Part shown: positions 35,426 to 44,841 of the stretch, piece by piece
How positions within the stretch are numbered: position 1 is the stretch's first letter
How the letters are laid out: every line of letters begins with the position of its first letter
NCBI GenBank assembly: GCA_013823055.1
Contig: PNLN01000104.1
Coordinates: 1-55,410, forward strand
Direction of reading: 5' to 3'
Source of the DNA: Cyanobacteria bacterium DS2.3.42
GTDB taxonomy: Bacteria; Cyanobacteriota; Vampirovibrionia; Obscuribacterales; Obscuribacteraceae
DNA length: 55,410 bases
Translations under genes and position numbers: made by a program
The notes under the pieces: generated by a model
Databases searched by the model: none
What the model saw: the letters and a program-made list of their open reading frames with translations, nothing else
What the model was told of the DNA's origin: nothing

Positions 35426-36409
35426 ATGACTCAAGCAGAAGCGAGAACAGACGGAAAGAAGGGGGCTGCATCCAGTTCCCAAACGAAAGAGTTGTCTCTG
35501 AAAGCGAAAACTCTGGTCGACAACATGAACAGCGTGCTCGTCGGCCAGCAAAAAGCCGTCAAGTTTGCAGTTACCGCCTTCCTGGCCGGTGGACACCTAT
35601 TAATCGAGGACGTGCCCGGAGTCGGCAAAACACTTCTGGCCAAGTCGCTCTCCATGTCGGTGCAGTCGCAATTCAAGCGCATCCAGTGCACACCTGACCT
35701 TTTGCCCTCAGACATCACAGGCGTGAGCATTTACAGTCAGAACGAAGGCACTTTCACATTCATGCCCGGTCCGATTTTTACCAATATTCTTCTCACTGAC
35801 GAAATCAACCGCGCCACTCCAAGAACGCAATCCAGCCTTCTTGAAGCGATGGAAGAAAATCAAGTCACAATCGACGGTTCGACGCGCAAGCTGCCGGACC
35901 TGTTTTTTGTAATCGCCACGGAAAACCCGATTGAGTATCACGGCACCTTCCCATTGCCGGAAGCCCAACTTGACCGTTTCATGATCTGCATTTCGCTTGG
36001 TTATCCAGATATGCAGCAAGAGCTGGAGATTCTCGATAAGACGCTGGCTCAGGACGGTTTCATAGTAGAACCTGTGTTAACAGTGGACGAAGTCATGCTG
36101 GCAAGACAAGCTGTTAGACATATTTATGTAGAGCAATCAGTGAAAAACTACATCGTCGACATCGTACATGCCACACGCAGACATCCGTCTATAGTTCTGG
36201 GCGTCAGCCCTCGTGGCACTCAACTCCTGATGAGAGCAGCTCAAGCAGCGGCCTTTCTCGAAGGACGTGACTTTGTCAAACCTGACGATGTAAAAATGCT
36301 GGCGCCCTTCATTCTCGGACATCGCATCATTCCCAAGATGCAGGACAACAAAGTCAGTCACGCCGACCTCATATTGAGAGTTCTAGAGGATGTCTCAGTC
36401 CCCGTCTAG
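35426..36409 (+). CDS. MoxR-family AAA+ ATPase
   Basis: The Walker A is EDVPGVGKT and the Walker B region is ILLTDEINRATPRTQSSLLEAMEE. FFVIATENPIEYHGTFPLPEAQLDRF is also present. Confidence 0.9.
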   Translation: MTQAEARTDGKKGAASSSQTKELSLKAKTLVDNMNSVLVGQQKAVKFAVTAFLAGGHLLIEDVPGVGKTLLAKSLSMSVQSQFKRIQCTPDLLPSDITGVSIYSQNEGTFTFMPGPIFTNILLTDEINRATPRTQSSLLEAMEENQVTIDGSTRKLPDLFFVIATENPIEYHGTFPLPEAQLDRFMICISLGYPDMQQELEILDKTLAQDGFIVEPVLTVDEVMLARQAVRHIYVEQSVKNYIVDIVHATRRHPSIVLGVSPRGTQLLMRAAQAAAFLEGRDFVKPDDVKMLAPFILGHRIIPKMQDNKVSHADLILRVLEDVSVPV

Positions 36410-37859
36410 CGCTCCGCCGGAGCCGCCGTCATTTAAGAATGCCGCTCCGCCTGAGCCGTACCTGATAAGCAACGCCGCCAAGGCGCTGCCGCCCCTCGAC
36501 AATCTCAAGGGCTGGCGCGTGCGAGTGACACCGGATCTGGTGCTAATACTCAATGCCAGATTTTTCGGCTCTCTGATAGTGACTGTATTGCTCTACATCT
36601 TCGCCACTGAAAGCAACAGCCAGTGGATGTATTTGATGTCCTCGGGCATGATCGCCACACTTGTTCTTAGTTTACTTTTGCCCGTTTTACAAGTTTCAGA
36701 CGTAATGGTAAAAGCCTCGCTGCCGCCCAATGCGCGTGCCGGCGAAAAGATTGCCATCAAGATTTCACTGGAGCGAATATTCGGCGTCGGCAATTTCCAA
36801 ATTCTTTTTCCTTTGCGCTGGCTTCGCATGACCGTCAATGTAATGCGCCTGGGCTCGCTGTCTTTATCGCCGCTTTCCAAGCCGCTTCTAATTCCGAGCA
36901 TGGGCGAAAAAGAAACTTTGCAGCTTCTGGCCGGTCCCTTGAGACGCGGCATCTATCGCGTCCAGAGCATTACCTTTTCATCTTGCTTCCCCTTTGGACT
37001 AGTTTTCTGCCAGAAAGAAATTCGCTTCAAATTTGATGATCCTGAAAGCAAAGAAGTGGCGCCGGAAACAGTTGTTTATCCAAAGGTTTATCCAGTCAAC
37101 GGCAATTTCCTCCAGCAACTGAATGTGGTGACACCGAGTGTCGGATTGCTGTCGCGCAAGTCAAGCTTCAATCAGCAAACTGCAATTGTCAGAGGAGTAA
37201 GAGAATATATCCGCGGCGACAGTCCCCGCATTATCCACTGGGCATCAAGTGCGCGCACCGGAAAGTTGCTCTCTAGAGAATTCGAAGCAGAAGGACTGCC
37301 GGCATTTGATCTTCTTATCGACTCGAAATGGGATTGGGGAACAGAGGAGATGTACGAGCTGGCGCTCATCACCGCGGCCTCTTTGATTACGCTCGGACAC
37401 AGATGGGGACTGGCACCGAAGCTGATCGTAAGAAACCAGGTTCTGGTCATCGAGCCGCCACCCATGGCACCAGGGTTGACCGCCTCCATCGAAATGCTGG
37501 CCCGCCTGGAGCCCTTCAAGCGCACCGAAGAGATTGCCAAAGTGGCTGCCCGTCGTGGACGCAGAGTCGACAAACTGGAAGACTTGATCCGCAAAGCCAA
37601 AGAAGGCGCCTTGATATTCCTCGCTCCGAGGACAGAAAAAGCACAGATTGAGCTGGTTTTGGTCCAGCCGGTTGGAAAAACCGACGCGGACAGGTGGCAA
37701 TCAGTCAATCAATCAAACGAGCCGGAAGCGCAAAGGCATGTGGAAGAGAAAGCCAAGCTGGCCAATACTTTCGACTCCCGCAACGAACCTGACGATATCT
37801 CCAGAGTCGGCAAACAAGTGTCGATAATCACCGGCGCCGAGGACATCATCAGGCTATGA
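36390..37859 (+). CDS. DUF58 domain protein (MoxR partner)
   Basis: The signature is VRGVREYIRGDSPRIIHWASSARTGKLLSREFE. N-terminal TM segments are present. It overlaps moxR by 20 nt. Confidence 0.8.
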   Translation: MSQSPSSAPPEPPSFKNAAPPEPYLISNAAKALPPLDNLKGWRVRVTPDLVLILNARFFGSLIVTVLLYIFATESNSQWMYLMSSGMIATLVLSLLLPVLQVSDVMVKASLPPNARAGEKIAIKISLERIFGVGNFQILFPLRWLRMTVNVMRLGSLSLSPLSKPLLIPSMGEKETLQLLAGPLRRGIYRVQSITFSSCFPFGLVFCQKEIRFKFDDPESKEVAPETVVYPKVYPVNGNFLQQLNVVTPSVGLLSRKSSFNQQTAIVRGVREYIRGDSPRIIHWASSARTGKLLSREFEAEGLPAFDLLIDSKWDWGTEEMYELALITAASLITLGHRWGLAPKLIVRNQVLVIEPPPMAPGLTASIEMLARLEPFKRTEEIAKVAARRGRRVDKLEDLIRKAKEGALIFLAPRTEKAQIELVLVQPVGKTDADRWQSVNQSNEPEAQRHVEEKAKLANTFDSRNEPDDISRVGKQVSIITGAEDIIRL

Positions 37860-40444
37860 GCAAAGATGCACCTAAGGCGAAAGTCATAGAAGTGGAAAAC
37901 TCAGTTGAGTTGCGTATCATGAATTACATCATGGTGGCACTGACGATAGTCGCCTACTGCATTTACTCGGAGGCACCGTTTGTCGTCACTGTGGGCTGTA
38001 TTACAGTGTCGGCACTGGGCAGTTATCTGAGTTATGTGTTTCGCTCCCGTAAATCGTATCTCGTAAATGTCTTTATTTTGGCAGGCACCTTTGGAGTTCT
38101 TGGCCATTTCGTCTTTGAGGCAATCAAGCAATTTTTTGGCGGCGGGCAATTTCTTCCCGCCTTTATGCAGGTGCTGTGCGGTCTTCTCATCGTTCTCACG
38201 TTTGATCTTCGCCAGCGAACCGATATTTATGTAGCTGCAACAGTGTCGCTGGGTCTGATGGGCTGCGTCGCTTCGCAGACAGGTAAAAGCAATCTCTTCG
38301 GAATCTTTCCCATGGGATTCATAATCGGAGGCGCGATTTTCCTCTACCTTGTGGCCATCTCTCATAGCCGCGAAGGCAATCCTGCTCAAGTTTCTGCCTC
38401 AACCAGACCGACCCAGCCACAAGCCTTGAATATTCCGCAGCCTTTATGGAAGCGCCCCGCCACTGGAGGCGCGCTTGTTGCAGTGGTTAGTTTGCCGGTG
38501 GCATCCATGTTGATTTTTTGCTTGATGCCTCGAGCCGGAACCTCAATTGTTGATTTGATAGCTGATCAGGCCCGTATTTTAATGGCACGTGCTTACGAAA
38601 AAATGCATCCGCCGCAGTCCTCGCAACCATCACAGATGGTGCCGATTCCACCTCGTACGCAAGCCAACGGTGCCGGTCCGCCGCCGACCGGAGAAAAGGG
38701 CAAAGGGCAAAAAGGAGATGGCGGCAATGGGGGCAAAGGTAAAAAAGGCGAAGGCGGAAAGGGGCAGGGTGGCAAATGGCAGGGTGGCAAAGGACAGGGC
38801 GAGCAAGAAGAGAAAGAGGGACATAGAGACGGTCCAAAAGAAAAAATGTCCGGCTACAAACCCGGCACGAAGCCGGACGGCAAAAACGGAAAACCCGGTA
38901 CAAACGGTCAACCCGGAGCAAACGGAACAGGTAGTCCTCAACCAGGTGTCGACGGACCGCCCGAGAGACCCAGACCACAAATGGGCCTGGCTCAAAAGCG
39001 CGACGCCGCTGTGCAAGACGTTATTGTCATGACAGTGTCGAGCAATCGACCGGTTTACCTGCGTGGTATGGCTTTCGACACATATGAAGGGCAGCGCTGG
39101 GTAAACAGCAAAAATCAACAGTGGGCAGAATTACCCAGGATGGACGAAGACACCTTTGAGATCACAGGGGTGCGCTCGCTGAGCTTGCCTGCAAATTTCA
39201 GAGGCTCGGAAGTCGAGCAACGAATTGAAGTCAAAGAACCGCTGGATTTGACGATTCCATGCGGGTGGATTCCGCAAGTTATCCACTTCCCAGGCGACTT
39301 ACGCGTGGCCACTGATGGGTCTCTGGAGTCCAGAGAAAATCTAAAACCCGGGCTTTTTTACACCGCAGTTTCAATGGTTCCGTCTGCCGATTTAGACGAA
39401 TTACGCTCGGCTCGAATGCCGAACAATCAACAGCTTGACTCTATTCGTGCGTCTTCGGCGCGTTTTCTTCAATTGCCGAAGAACTACGATCCGCAAATTA
39501 AGTTGCTTGCCAAAGAAATTGGCGGCAGGGACGGCAACTGGTTTGTCCACGCCGAAAGAGTGGCCAACTATTTGAAAGCCAATTGCAGTTATTTAAACAA
39601 CAACTCAGAGCTAGAGCCGGATGTGGACTCAGTTGCCAACTTTCTGCTCACGACAAAGAGCGGTAGCTGCTCTATGTTTGCGTCAGCAGAAGCAATATTG
39701 CTCAGGGCACAGGGCATTCCTTCCAGAGTGGTTTTCGGCTATATGCCGGGAGACAAAGACCCCAAATCGGATGCTGCTTTAGTTAGGAAAAAACACGAAC
39801 ACGCCTGGGCGGAGGTGTTCATTCCAACGCACGGGTGGGTTCCTATCGATGCGACTCCAAACGGCACTTTGCCTGTCCAACCATTCCAGGACGCTCAAGG
39901 CGGGCGCGTAATCTTAAAATCGACCCACCAGGCCAGTCCGTCACCTCCGCCGGCTCAACCAGGCAAGAATGAGCCGCCCTCTGCCTGGGGTTGGGCGAAG
40001 AAGCTGAGTTCGAATCCTTACGTGATTGCAATTTTGATTGCCGTGGGCGTGTTTCTTCTTAACGAAATTGGCAGAAAATTCTTCGCCCAGTGGCAATCTC
40101 AGAAAACCGCAGCCGAAGTGACTAAGAATATGAAGCCATCGACGGCACTTTATCTGCGCCTGCTAAGCGATCTGGAAAAAGTGGCCGTCAGCAAAACGAC
40201 AAGCGATACGCCGGCAGACGTGGCCACGGCAGTACGCGCAAAAGCCAGTCAGAGCCCAGCTTTTCCCCAGGAATTAAAGTCAGAGCTGCCTTATTTAGTT
40301 GACAATTTCGTCGAGGCTTACTACCTGGAAAGGTTCAGCAACATGGAGGAATCAGTAGAGGAAGGCAACAAACTTGGCGAGATCGGAGATAAAATACACG
40401 CATTGGTGCTCGAAAGCATCCTGACAAGTGCACAGCGCAATTAG
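37856..40444 (+). CDS. Transglutaminase-like membrane protein (TgpA-like) with Gly/Lys/Pro-rich insert
   Basis: The ATGA overlaps the DUF58 gene. It has an N-terminal multi-TM region. The Cys-His-Asp core is GSCSMFASAEA...HAWAEVFIPTHGWVPIDAT, followed by a C-terminal TM. Confidence 0.85.
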   Translation: MSKDAPKAKVIEVENSVELRIMNYIMVALTIVAYCIYSEAPFVVTVGCITVSALGSYLSYVFRSRKSYLVNVFILAGTFGVLGHFVFEAIKQFFGGGQFLPAFMQVLCGLLIVLTFDLRQRTDIYVAATVSLGLMGCVASQTGKSNLFGIFPMGFIIGGAIFLYLVAISHSREGNPAQVSASTRPTQPQALNIPQPLWKRPATGGALVAVVSLPVASMLIFCLMPRAGTSIVDLIADQARILMARAYEKMHPPQSSQPSQMVPIPPRTQANGAGPPPTGEKGKGQKGDGGNGGKGKKGEGGKGQGGKWQGGKGQGEQEEKEGHRDGPKEKMSGYKPGTKPDGKNGKPGTNGQPGANGTGSPQPGVDGPPERPRPQMGLAQKRDAAVQDVIVMTVSSNRPVYLRGMAFDTYEGQRWVNSKNQQWAELPRMDEDTFEITGVRSLSLPANFRGSEVEQRIEVKEPLDLTIPCGWIPQVIHFPGDLRVATDGSLESRENLKPGLFYTAVSMVPSADLDELRSARMPNNQQLDSIRASSARFLQLPKNYDPQIKLLAKEIGGRDGNWFVHAERVANYLKANCSYLNNNSELEPDVDSVANFLLTTKSGSCSMFASAEAILLRAQGIPSRVVFGYMPGDKDPKSDAALVRKKHEHAWAEVFIPTHGWVPIDATPNGTLPVQPFQDAQGGRVILKSTHQASPSPPPAQPGKNEPPSAWGWAKKLSSNPYVIAILIAVGVFLLNEIGRKFFAQWQSQKTAAEVTKNMKPSTALYLRLLSDLEKVAVSKTTSDTPADVATAVRAKASQSPAFPQELKSELPYLVDNFVEAYYLERFSNMEESVEEGNKLGEIGDKIHALVLESILTSAQRN
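38765..38809 (+). repeat. Imperfect tandem 15-nt coding repeats inside the Gly/Lys-rich insert
   Basis: The repeats are CAGGGTGGCAAATGG / CAGGGTGGCAAAGGA / CAGGGCGAGCAAGAA. They are embedded in a wider GGNAAR-rich tract (~38690-38960). Confidence 0.6.
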
Positions 40445-40577
40445 TTGAGGTGCTTACGTTTATGGCTATATAGCTGTAAAGTGTATATGTAGGCCCCGCT
40501 GCCCAAGCGGAAAAATCGCGTTTCCAACAAACGTCCGAATATAAAGAGCCGGCAAGAGAGGCAAAAAGAGAGGAAAT

Positions 40578-41864
40578 ATGGTTCAACAGGTCAAGACAGG
40601 AACCCAACAACAGCAGGAGTTCGTTCCTCCGTATCCATCTTCAATTGCCGAAACCGGCTTGAAAGAAGGCTTTCTGGAAGAACTAATCCTCAAAGACATT
40701 TATTTGGTCAACTTCGCAATGGGTCGCGAAATTGCCGCCAGAACACAGCTCCCCTTCAAGATCATCGAAGAAATTCTCGAAGTTCTGAAGCGCCAGCTCC
40801 TGGTCGAAGTTCGTAGCGCAGGCGGTCTAGCCGACTATGAATATACGCCCACAGAAAAAGGACGCGATCGAGCCCGCTCCTATTTCGACCACAATGCCTA
40901 CAACGGCGCATGCCCTGTACCGTGGTCACGTTATGTCGACTCGCTCAAGTATCAGACAATCCGCCGTGAATCAGTCACACCGCGCGATTTGGAAGTTGCA
41001 TTCTCCGACATCATGGTCAACCGCCGCACCATCAACTCGGTCGGTCCAGCCATCAACTCCGGTCGCGGGATGTTCTTGTTCGGCGAAGCCGGCAATGGCA
41101 AAACATCCATCGCTGAGCGGATCGTGCGCAGCTTCAAGGGTCACATCTTCATCCCTTATGCCGTTGAAATCGACGGACAAATCATCCGCGTGTATGACTC
41201 GCACAACCACCAGCAAGTATCGGCTGCCAACTACCCCAGAGATTACGACCACCGCTGGGTGCGCATCCAGCGTCCTTGCGTAGTCGTCGGCGGTGAATTG
41301 ACAATTGACATGCTGGAACTGCAATTCGACTACGGTACAAAACTCTACGAAGCGCCGATTCAGCTCAAGTCCAATTGCGGACTGCTGCTCATCGATGACT
41401 TTGGCAGACAAAGAATCGACCACAAGTCACTCCTCAACCGCTGGATCGTCCCCCTGGAAAAACGGGTCGATTATCTGAGCTTACACACCGGTAAGAAACT
41501 GGAAGTGCCGTTCGAGCAATTGATCGTATTCTCGACCAACTTGAACCCAGCCGATCTGGTTGACGAAGCGTTCTTGAGACGGATTCCGTACAAGATCAAC
41601 ATCACCAACCCAACGGAAGACGAATTCAAGTGGATCTTCCTGCAATATTGCCAGCGCACAGGCGTCCCATACAACGAAGAAGCGGTCAATTACCTGATCG
41701 AGTCTCAGTACAGAAGCGGCAAACGCAATATGCGTTGCTGCCACCCGCGCGACATCGTCGACCAGGTAGTCAACCTCTGTGCCTTCCTCCAAACTGAGCC
41801 CCGGCTGTCAAGAGAATATCTCGACCACGCCTGCGCCGTTTACTTCGCCGCTATGGGCAAGTAA
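40578..41864 (+). CDS. AAA+ ATPase with N-terminal winged-helix-like region (family not assigned)
   Basis: The Walker A is GEAGNGKTS and the Walker B is LLLIDDFGRQ. The sensor/arginine region is VFSTNLNPADLVDEAFLRRIPYKI. GAGAGG lies upstream of the ATG. Confidence 0.7.
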   Translation: MVQQVKTGTQQQQEFVPPYPSSIAETGLKEGFLEELILKDIYLVNFAMGREIAARTQLPFKIIEEILEVLKRQLLVEVRSAGGLADYEYTPTEKGRDRARSYFDHNAYNGACPVPWSRYVDSLKYQTIRRESVTPRDLEVAFSDIMVNRRTINSVGPAINSGRGMFLFGEAGNGKTSIAERIVRSFKGHIFIPYAVEIDGQIIRVYDSHNHQQVSAANYPRDYDHRWVRIQRPCVVVGGELTIDMLELQFDYGTKLYEAPIQLKSNCGLLLIDDFGRQRIDHKSLLNRWIVPLEKRVDYLSLHTGKKLEVPFEQLIVFSTNLNPADLVDEAFLRRIPYKINITNPTEDEFKWIFLQYCQRTGVPYNEEAVNYLIESQYRSGKRNMRCCHPRDIVDQVVNLCAFLQTEPRLSREYLDHACAVYFAAMGK

Positions 41865-41901
41865 TCAAGAGGATCGCGGAGACGATGTCTGTCTTGATTG
41901 A

Positions 41902-41927
41902 AATTTCAATTGATATCAATTGAAATT
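41902..41927. promoter_or_regulatory. Perfect 26-bp AT-rich palindrome
   Basis: The sequence is AATTTCAATTGAT|ATCAATTGAAATT. It lies 38 nt after the AAA+ ATPase stop and upstream of that gene's terminator. Confidence 0.4.
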
Positions 41928-41957
41928 CCACAATAAGAAGTCCCAGGACTGAAATTT

Positions 41958-41995
41958 GAGAGCTTGCTTCTTGACAGCAAGCTCTCTTCTTTCTC
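41958..41995 (+). terminator. Rho-independent terminator
   Basis: GAGAGCTTGC-(9 nt)-GCAAGCTCTC forms a 10-bp stem and is followed by TTCTTTCTC. Confidence 0.65.
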
Positions 41996-42067
41996 ATAAA
42001 AAGAGACCGTCAGCCGCCACATGCTACGATTTAGAGCGCTTGATATGTAGAAAAAAAGTCTAGAAAC

Positions 42068-43453
42068 TTGTCAGAAAAAGCCGATTCTACCAACGCAAGC
42101 CTTAACACTACCGACACCGGCGCTAAGCCGGAAATGCCGGCCGTGAGTTTTGAGGCGCCTGCTGATACGTCCACCGACACCAGTTTCCAGCTTCTGCCTC
42201 CTTTCGTAGACGCAAAAACGAAAGTCGAAACAATGCCTGTTGAATTAAAGGCGTCGTCGACACTGCCGGCCAATCTTCTGACCACAGCCACGTCAGTTAC
42301 GTGGATAGCAACTCTGATCTACCACGGCGCCGCAGGTCAATCACTGCCCTGGTGTATCACACTTGCTGTAGTTGCGTTTTGGGCGCTTACTGCCACCCGC
42401 AAACAAGTTCAAAAGCACGCACTGGCAGCCTCACGCATCGGTCTGTCCGAGGAAGGGCGCCTGACGCGGGCGATTTCCACAACATATTTGACTGTCTCGA
42501 TGCTGGCATTTGCCTGGTTCTCAGTGCACGGCTTCAAACCTCCTACGCCACTGATTACACAAAAACAATTCATAGATATCGAGCTGACCTCATTTGCGGA
42601 CTTCAAAGACAACAAGGCATTCGTGGCCAGCACAGAGGAAAAAGACAGCCAGAGAAAACGCAGCGGCAGCACGGACAAGGTGTCGATGACACCGCCTGTA
42701 GTGCAGACGCAGAGCAAGGCAACCGATCGAACCAGTAAAAAGACAGAGGAAGCAGGCAAGCGCGCACTACAGGCAGTGGCACCACAAAAGCTTACGGCTG
42801 CGCCTACAGAAATGGTTCTTAAGGGTGTGCAAGTACAATCCGCCGTTAATTCACAGGAGGCTGCAATCCAGGCGCAGCAACAAAAAGCGCAGACGAGAGC
42901 GCGCCTTGTTTCGCAAGTGAAATTGCCTTCCGGATGGAAGAGCATACAAGCGGATCAGACAATGTCGACACAAAACAACATCACTCCCGGCGTTAAGTCG
43001 GAGCAATCGCGCGCAGCGAACCAATCGATGTTTATGGAAGAGTCGTCACCGGTTGAACTCTTCGAAGTTGTAGACAACGAGGGCGACGCCGGCACTGAAA
43101 TATTTCAAGCAGGTGGACGCAGCACCGGTGGAAAAGGTGCTCCATCCAACTTGCAAGACTATTTGAAACTGCTGCACAAACGCATCAAAAGAGCATGGTC
43201 GCCACCCAATGGAGATCCACGCGTCGCACAAATTTTGTTTCGCATCGATAAGTCGGGCAAACTCAAGCAAATAAGATTGGTGCGCTCTTCTGGCCACTCC
43301 GATTGCGACGAAGCAGCAATGAACGCGATTTCCGCCTGCGCACCTTTTAAAGGGCTGCCAGCCGATTTCCCCTCGGATTGCCTGGACATCAAATACACGT
43401 TCAACTACAAAGTCGATTCTCTCTCAGAAGTTTCTGACGGAAAATTGCGATAG
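42068..43453 (+). CDS. TonB C-terminal-domain protein (energy-transducer-like)
   Basis: The C-terminus is YLKLLHKRIKRAWSPPNGDPRVAQILFRIDKSGKLKQIRLVRSSGHSDCDEAAMNAISACAPFKGLP, which fits the TonB_C pattern. Hydrophobic segments lie near aa 75-150. The TTG start is uncertain. Confidence 0.6.
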   Translation: MSEKADSTNASLNTTDTGAKPEMPAVSFEAPADTSTDTSFQLLPPFVDAKTKVETMPVELKASSTLPANLLTTATSVTWIATLIYHGAAGQSLPWCITLAVVAFWALTATRKQVQKHALAASRIGLSEEGRLTRAISTTYLTVSMLAFAWFSVHGFKPPTPLITQKQFIDIELTSFADFKDNKAFVASTEEKDSQRKRSGSTDKVSMTPPVVQTQSKATDRTSKKTEEAGKRALQAVAPQKLTAAPTEMVLKGVQVQSAVNSQEAAIQAQQQKAQTRARLVSQVKLPSGWKSIQADQTMSTQNNITPGVKSEQSRAANQSMFMEESSPVELFEVVDNEGDAGTEIFQAGGRSTGGKGAPSNLQDYLKLLHKRIKRAWSPPNGDPRVAQILFRIDKSGKLKQIRLVRSSGHSDCDEAAMNAISACAPFKGLPADFPSDCLDIKYTFNYKVDSLSEVSDGKLR

Positions 43454-43692
43454 TGAAGCTCGGCTTTAATTTGGGTTCTTGCCGACGCCGACTATGTACG
43501 ACAACAAACACTGGTGTTTTAGTCCTTGCCATTCAAACGGTTACAGATTTAAGCGGCCACGCACACACAACAAAAACGTCCTAAAAACTCACCAATCCGG
43601 CTCTCGCATCGCCCCGGCGGCTTTCGACCCAGTTGAAAAGCATTGAAGAATTACCTTGTTACGTACAGAATCCATGGTTGACTGCGAGTTAA

Positions 43693-44835
43693 ATGATCGT
43701 CGTGCGCAACACCAAGACACTGTCCATACTTTTCTTCCTGTTCGTGCAAACTCTCTTGATGGCACGACCAGCGTCTGGACAAGGCTGATCTCGCACCCTT
43801 CTGGTGCCGGGCGCAGCAGGAACTTCAGGCGAAATCACACCGGGCCATGGAACTCTTTCCATCGGCTACAGGAATGTTTATGCCAATCAGTTCTTTCTCA
43901 ATCAGCATGTTTTCACACAGGAAAATCGCTTACAACAGCCAACCCGACTTTGGAATACAGTAGATCTGACAGGAACCTATCAGCTAACCAGAAGGGTCAA
44001 CCTGCAAGCGACATTGCCGCTTCAGTGGAACCAGGCGTCATTTCTTATTCCAACTACTGAAGGCCCTCTGGCAGAAACCTTTCGACAGAGACTGAGCACA
44101 GCCGGCGTTGGCGACATTTTGCTAGTAGAGCGCACCTGGCTACTCGACCCCGAACGCGTTAAACGTGGCAACATTCTGGTTGGAGTCGGACTCAAACTGC
44201 CGACCGGCAATTACAGAGGGGGAAACACCTGGACTGGCGGCGGCCCCGGAGTATGGAATAACAAGCCGGCGCCACTAACCATCATGATCGGGGACGGCGG
44301 CGTCGATGTTCTTGCTGAGGTCCTAGCCTACAGAATCGTAAAATATCCAGTGCGCAGGACAAACGTCTTTGCCGTCGGCAGCTACCTTTTCACACCAAGA
44401 GGTACGACCGGTATACCGTCGCAAAATTTACTAGAAGGCCCGCCAATATCCACCAGCCCTTTAACTCAAAATTCGCTCGTAAACACAGTTCCCGACGTCT
44501 ATTCGCTGCGCGCCGGCATGATAGTGCCATCACCATTTAAAGAAAACAAATATCTGCGGCCATTTTCGGGCTTGATTGCCTATCGCTGGGATGGCAGTCC
44601 GCAACGTGACTTGATCGGCAACAGCAATGGATTTCGGCAACCAGGCTTCTTCATGGCAGTAGAACTCGGTCTTTTCTATCAAAACAAACGTCACCTTGTG
44701 CAGGCCATGACACCAATTTCGTTCGTGCGCTATGCCTCCTTCAACAGCGGAGGCGAAAGACCAGGCAGTCCTGCTCCACGTACAACGGCATTTTCACCGG
44801 CGTCTCTGGCTGTTAGATATACCTATTTCTTTTAA
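43693..44835 (+). pseudogene. Outer-membrane beta-barrel protein gene with an in-frame TGA between signal peptide and mature domain
   Basis: ATG 43693 encodes MIVVRNTKTLSILFFLFVQTLLMARPASGQG. TGA follows at 43786-43788, and the same frame continues into the 343-aa ORF. That ORF has an alternating beta pattern and ends ...VRYTYFF (aromatic OMP terminus). Confidence 0.5.
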
Positions 44836-44841
44836 GGCACG

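Noticed and set aside
38487-39118. CRISPR-like or mobile repeats, plus several alternative-frame ORFs, in the G/K-rich tract
   Set aside because: The repeats are short (15 nt), directly tandem with no spacers, and in frame within the transglutaminase-like gene. The extra ORFs are artefacts of low-complexity DNA.
43786-43810. Possible selenocysteine recoding of the in-frame TGA (small hairpin GCACC-CTTCT-GGTGC 5 nt downstream)
   Set aside because: The stem is only 5 bp, far weaker than bacterial SECIS elements. No selenoprotein rationale exists at a signal-peptide junction. It is kept only as a remote option under the TGA finding.
43656-44060. 134-aa plus-strand ORF overlapping the start of the OMP gene in another frame
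   Set aside because: The sequence is Arg/Ser/His-rich with no membrane or export features. The frame with the signal peptide plus barrel explains the region better.
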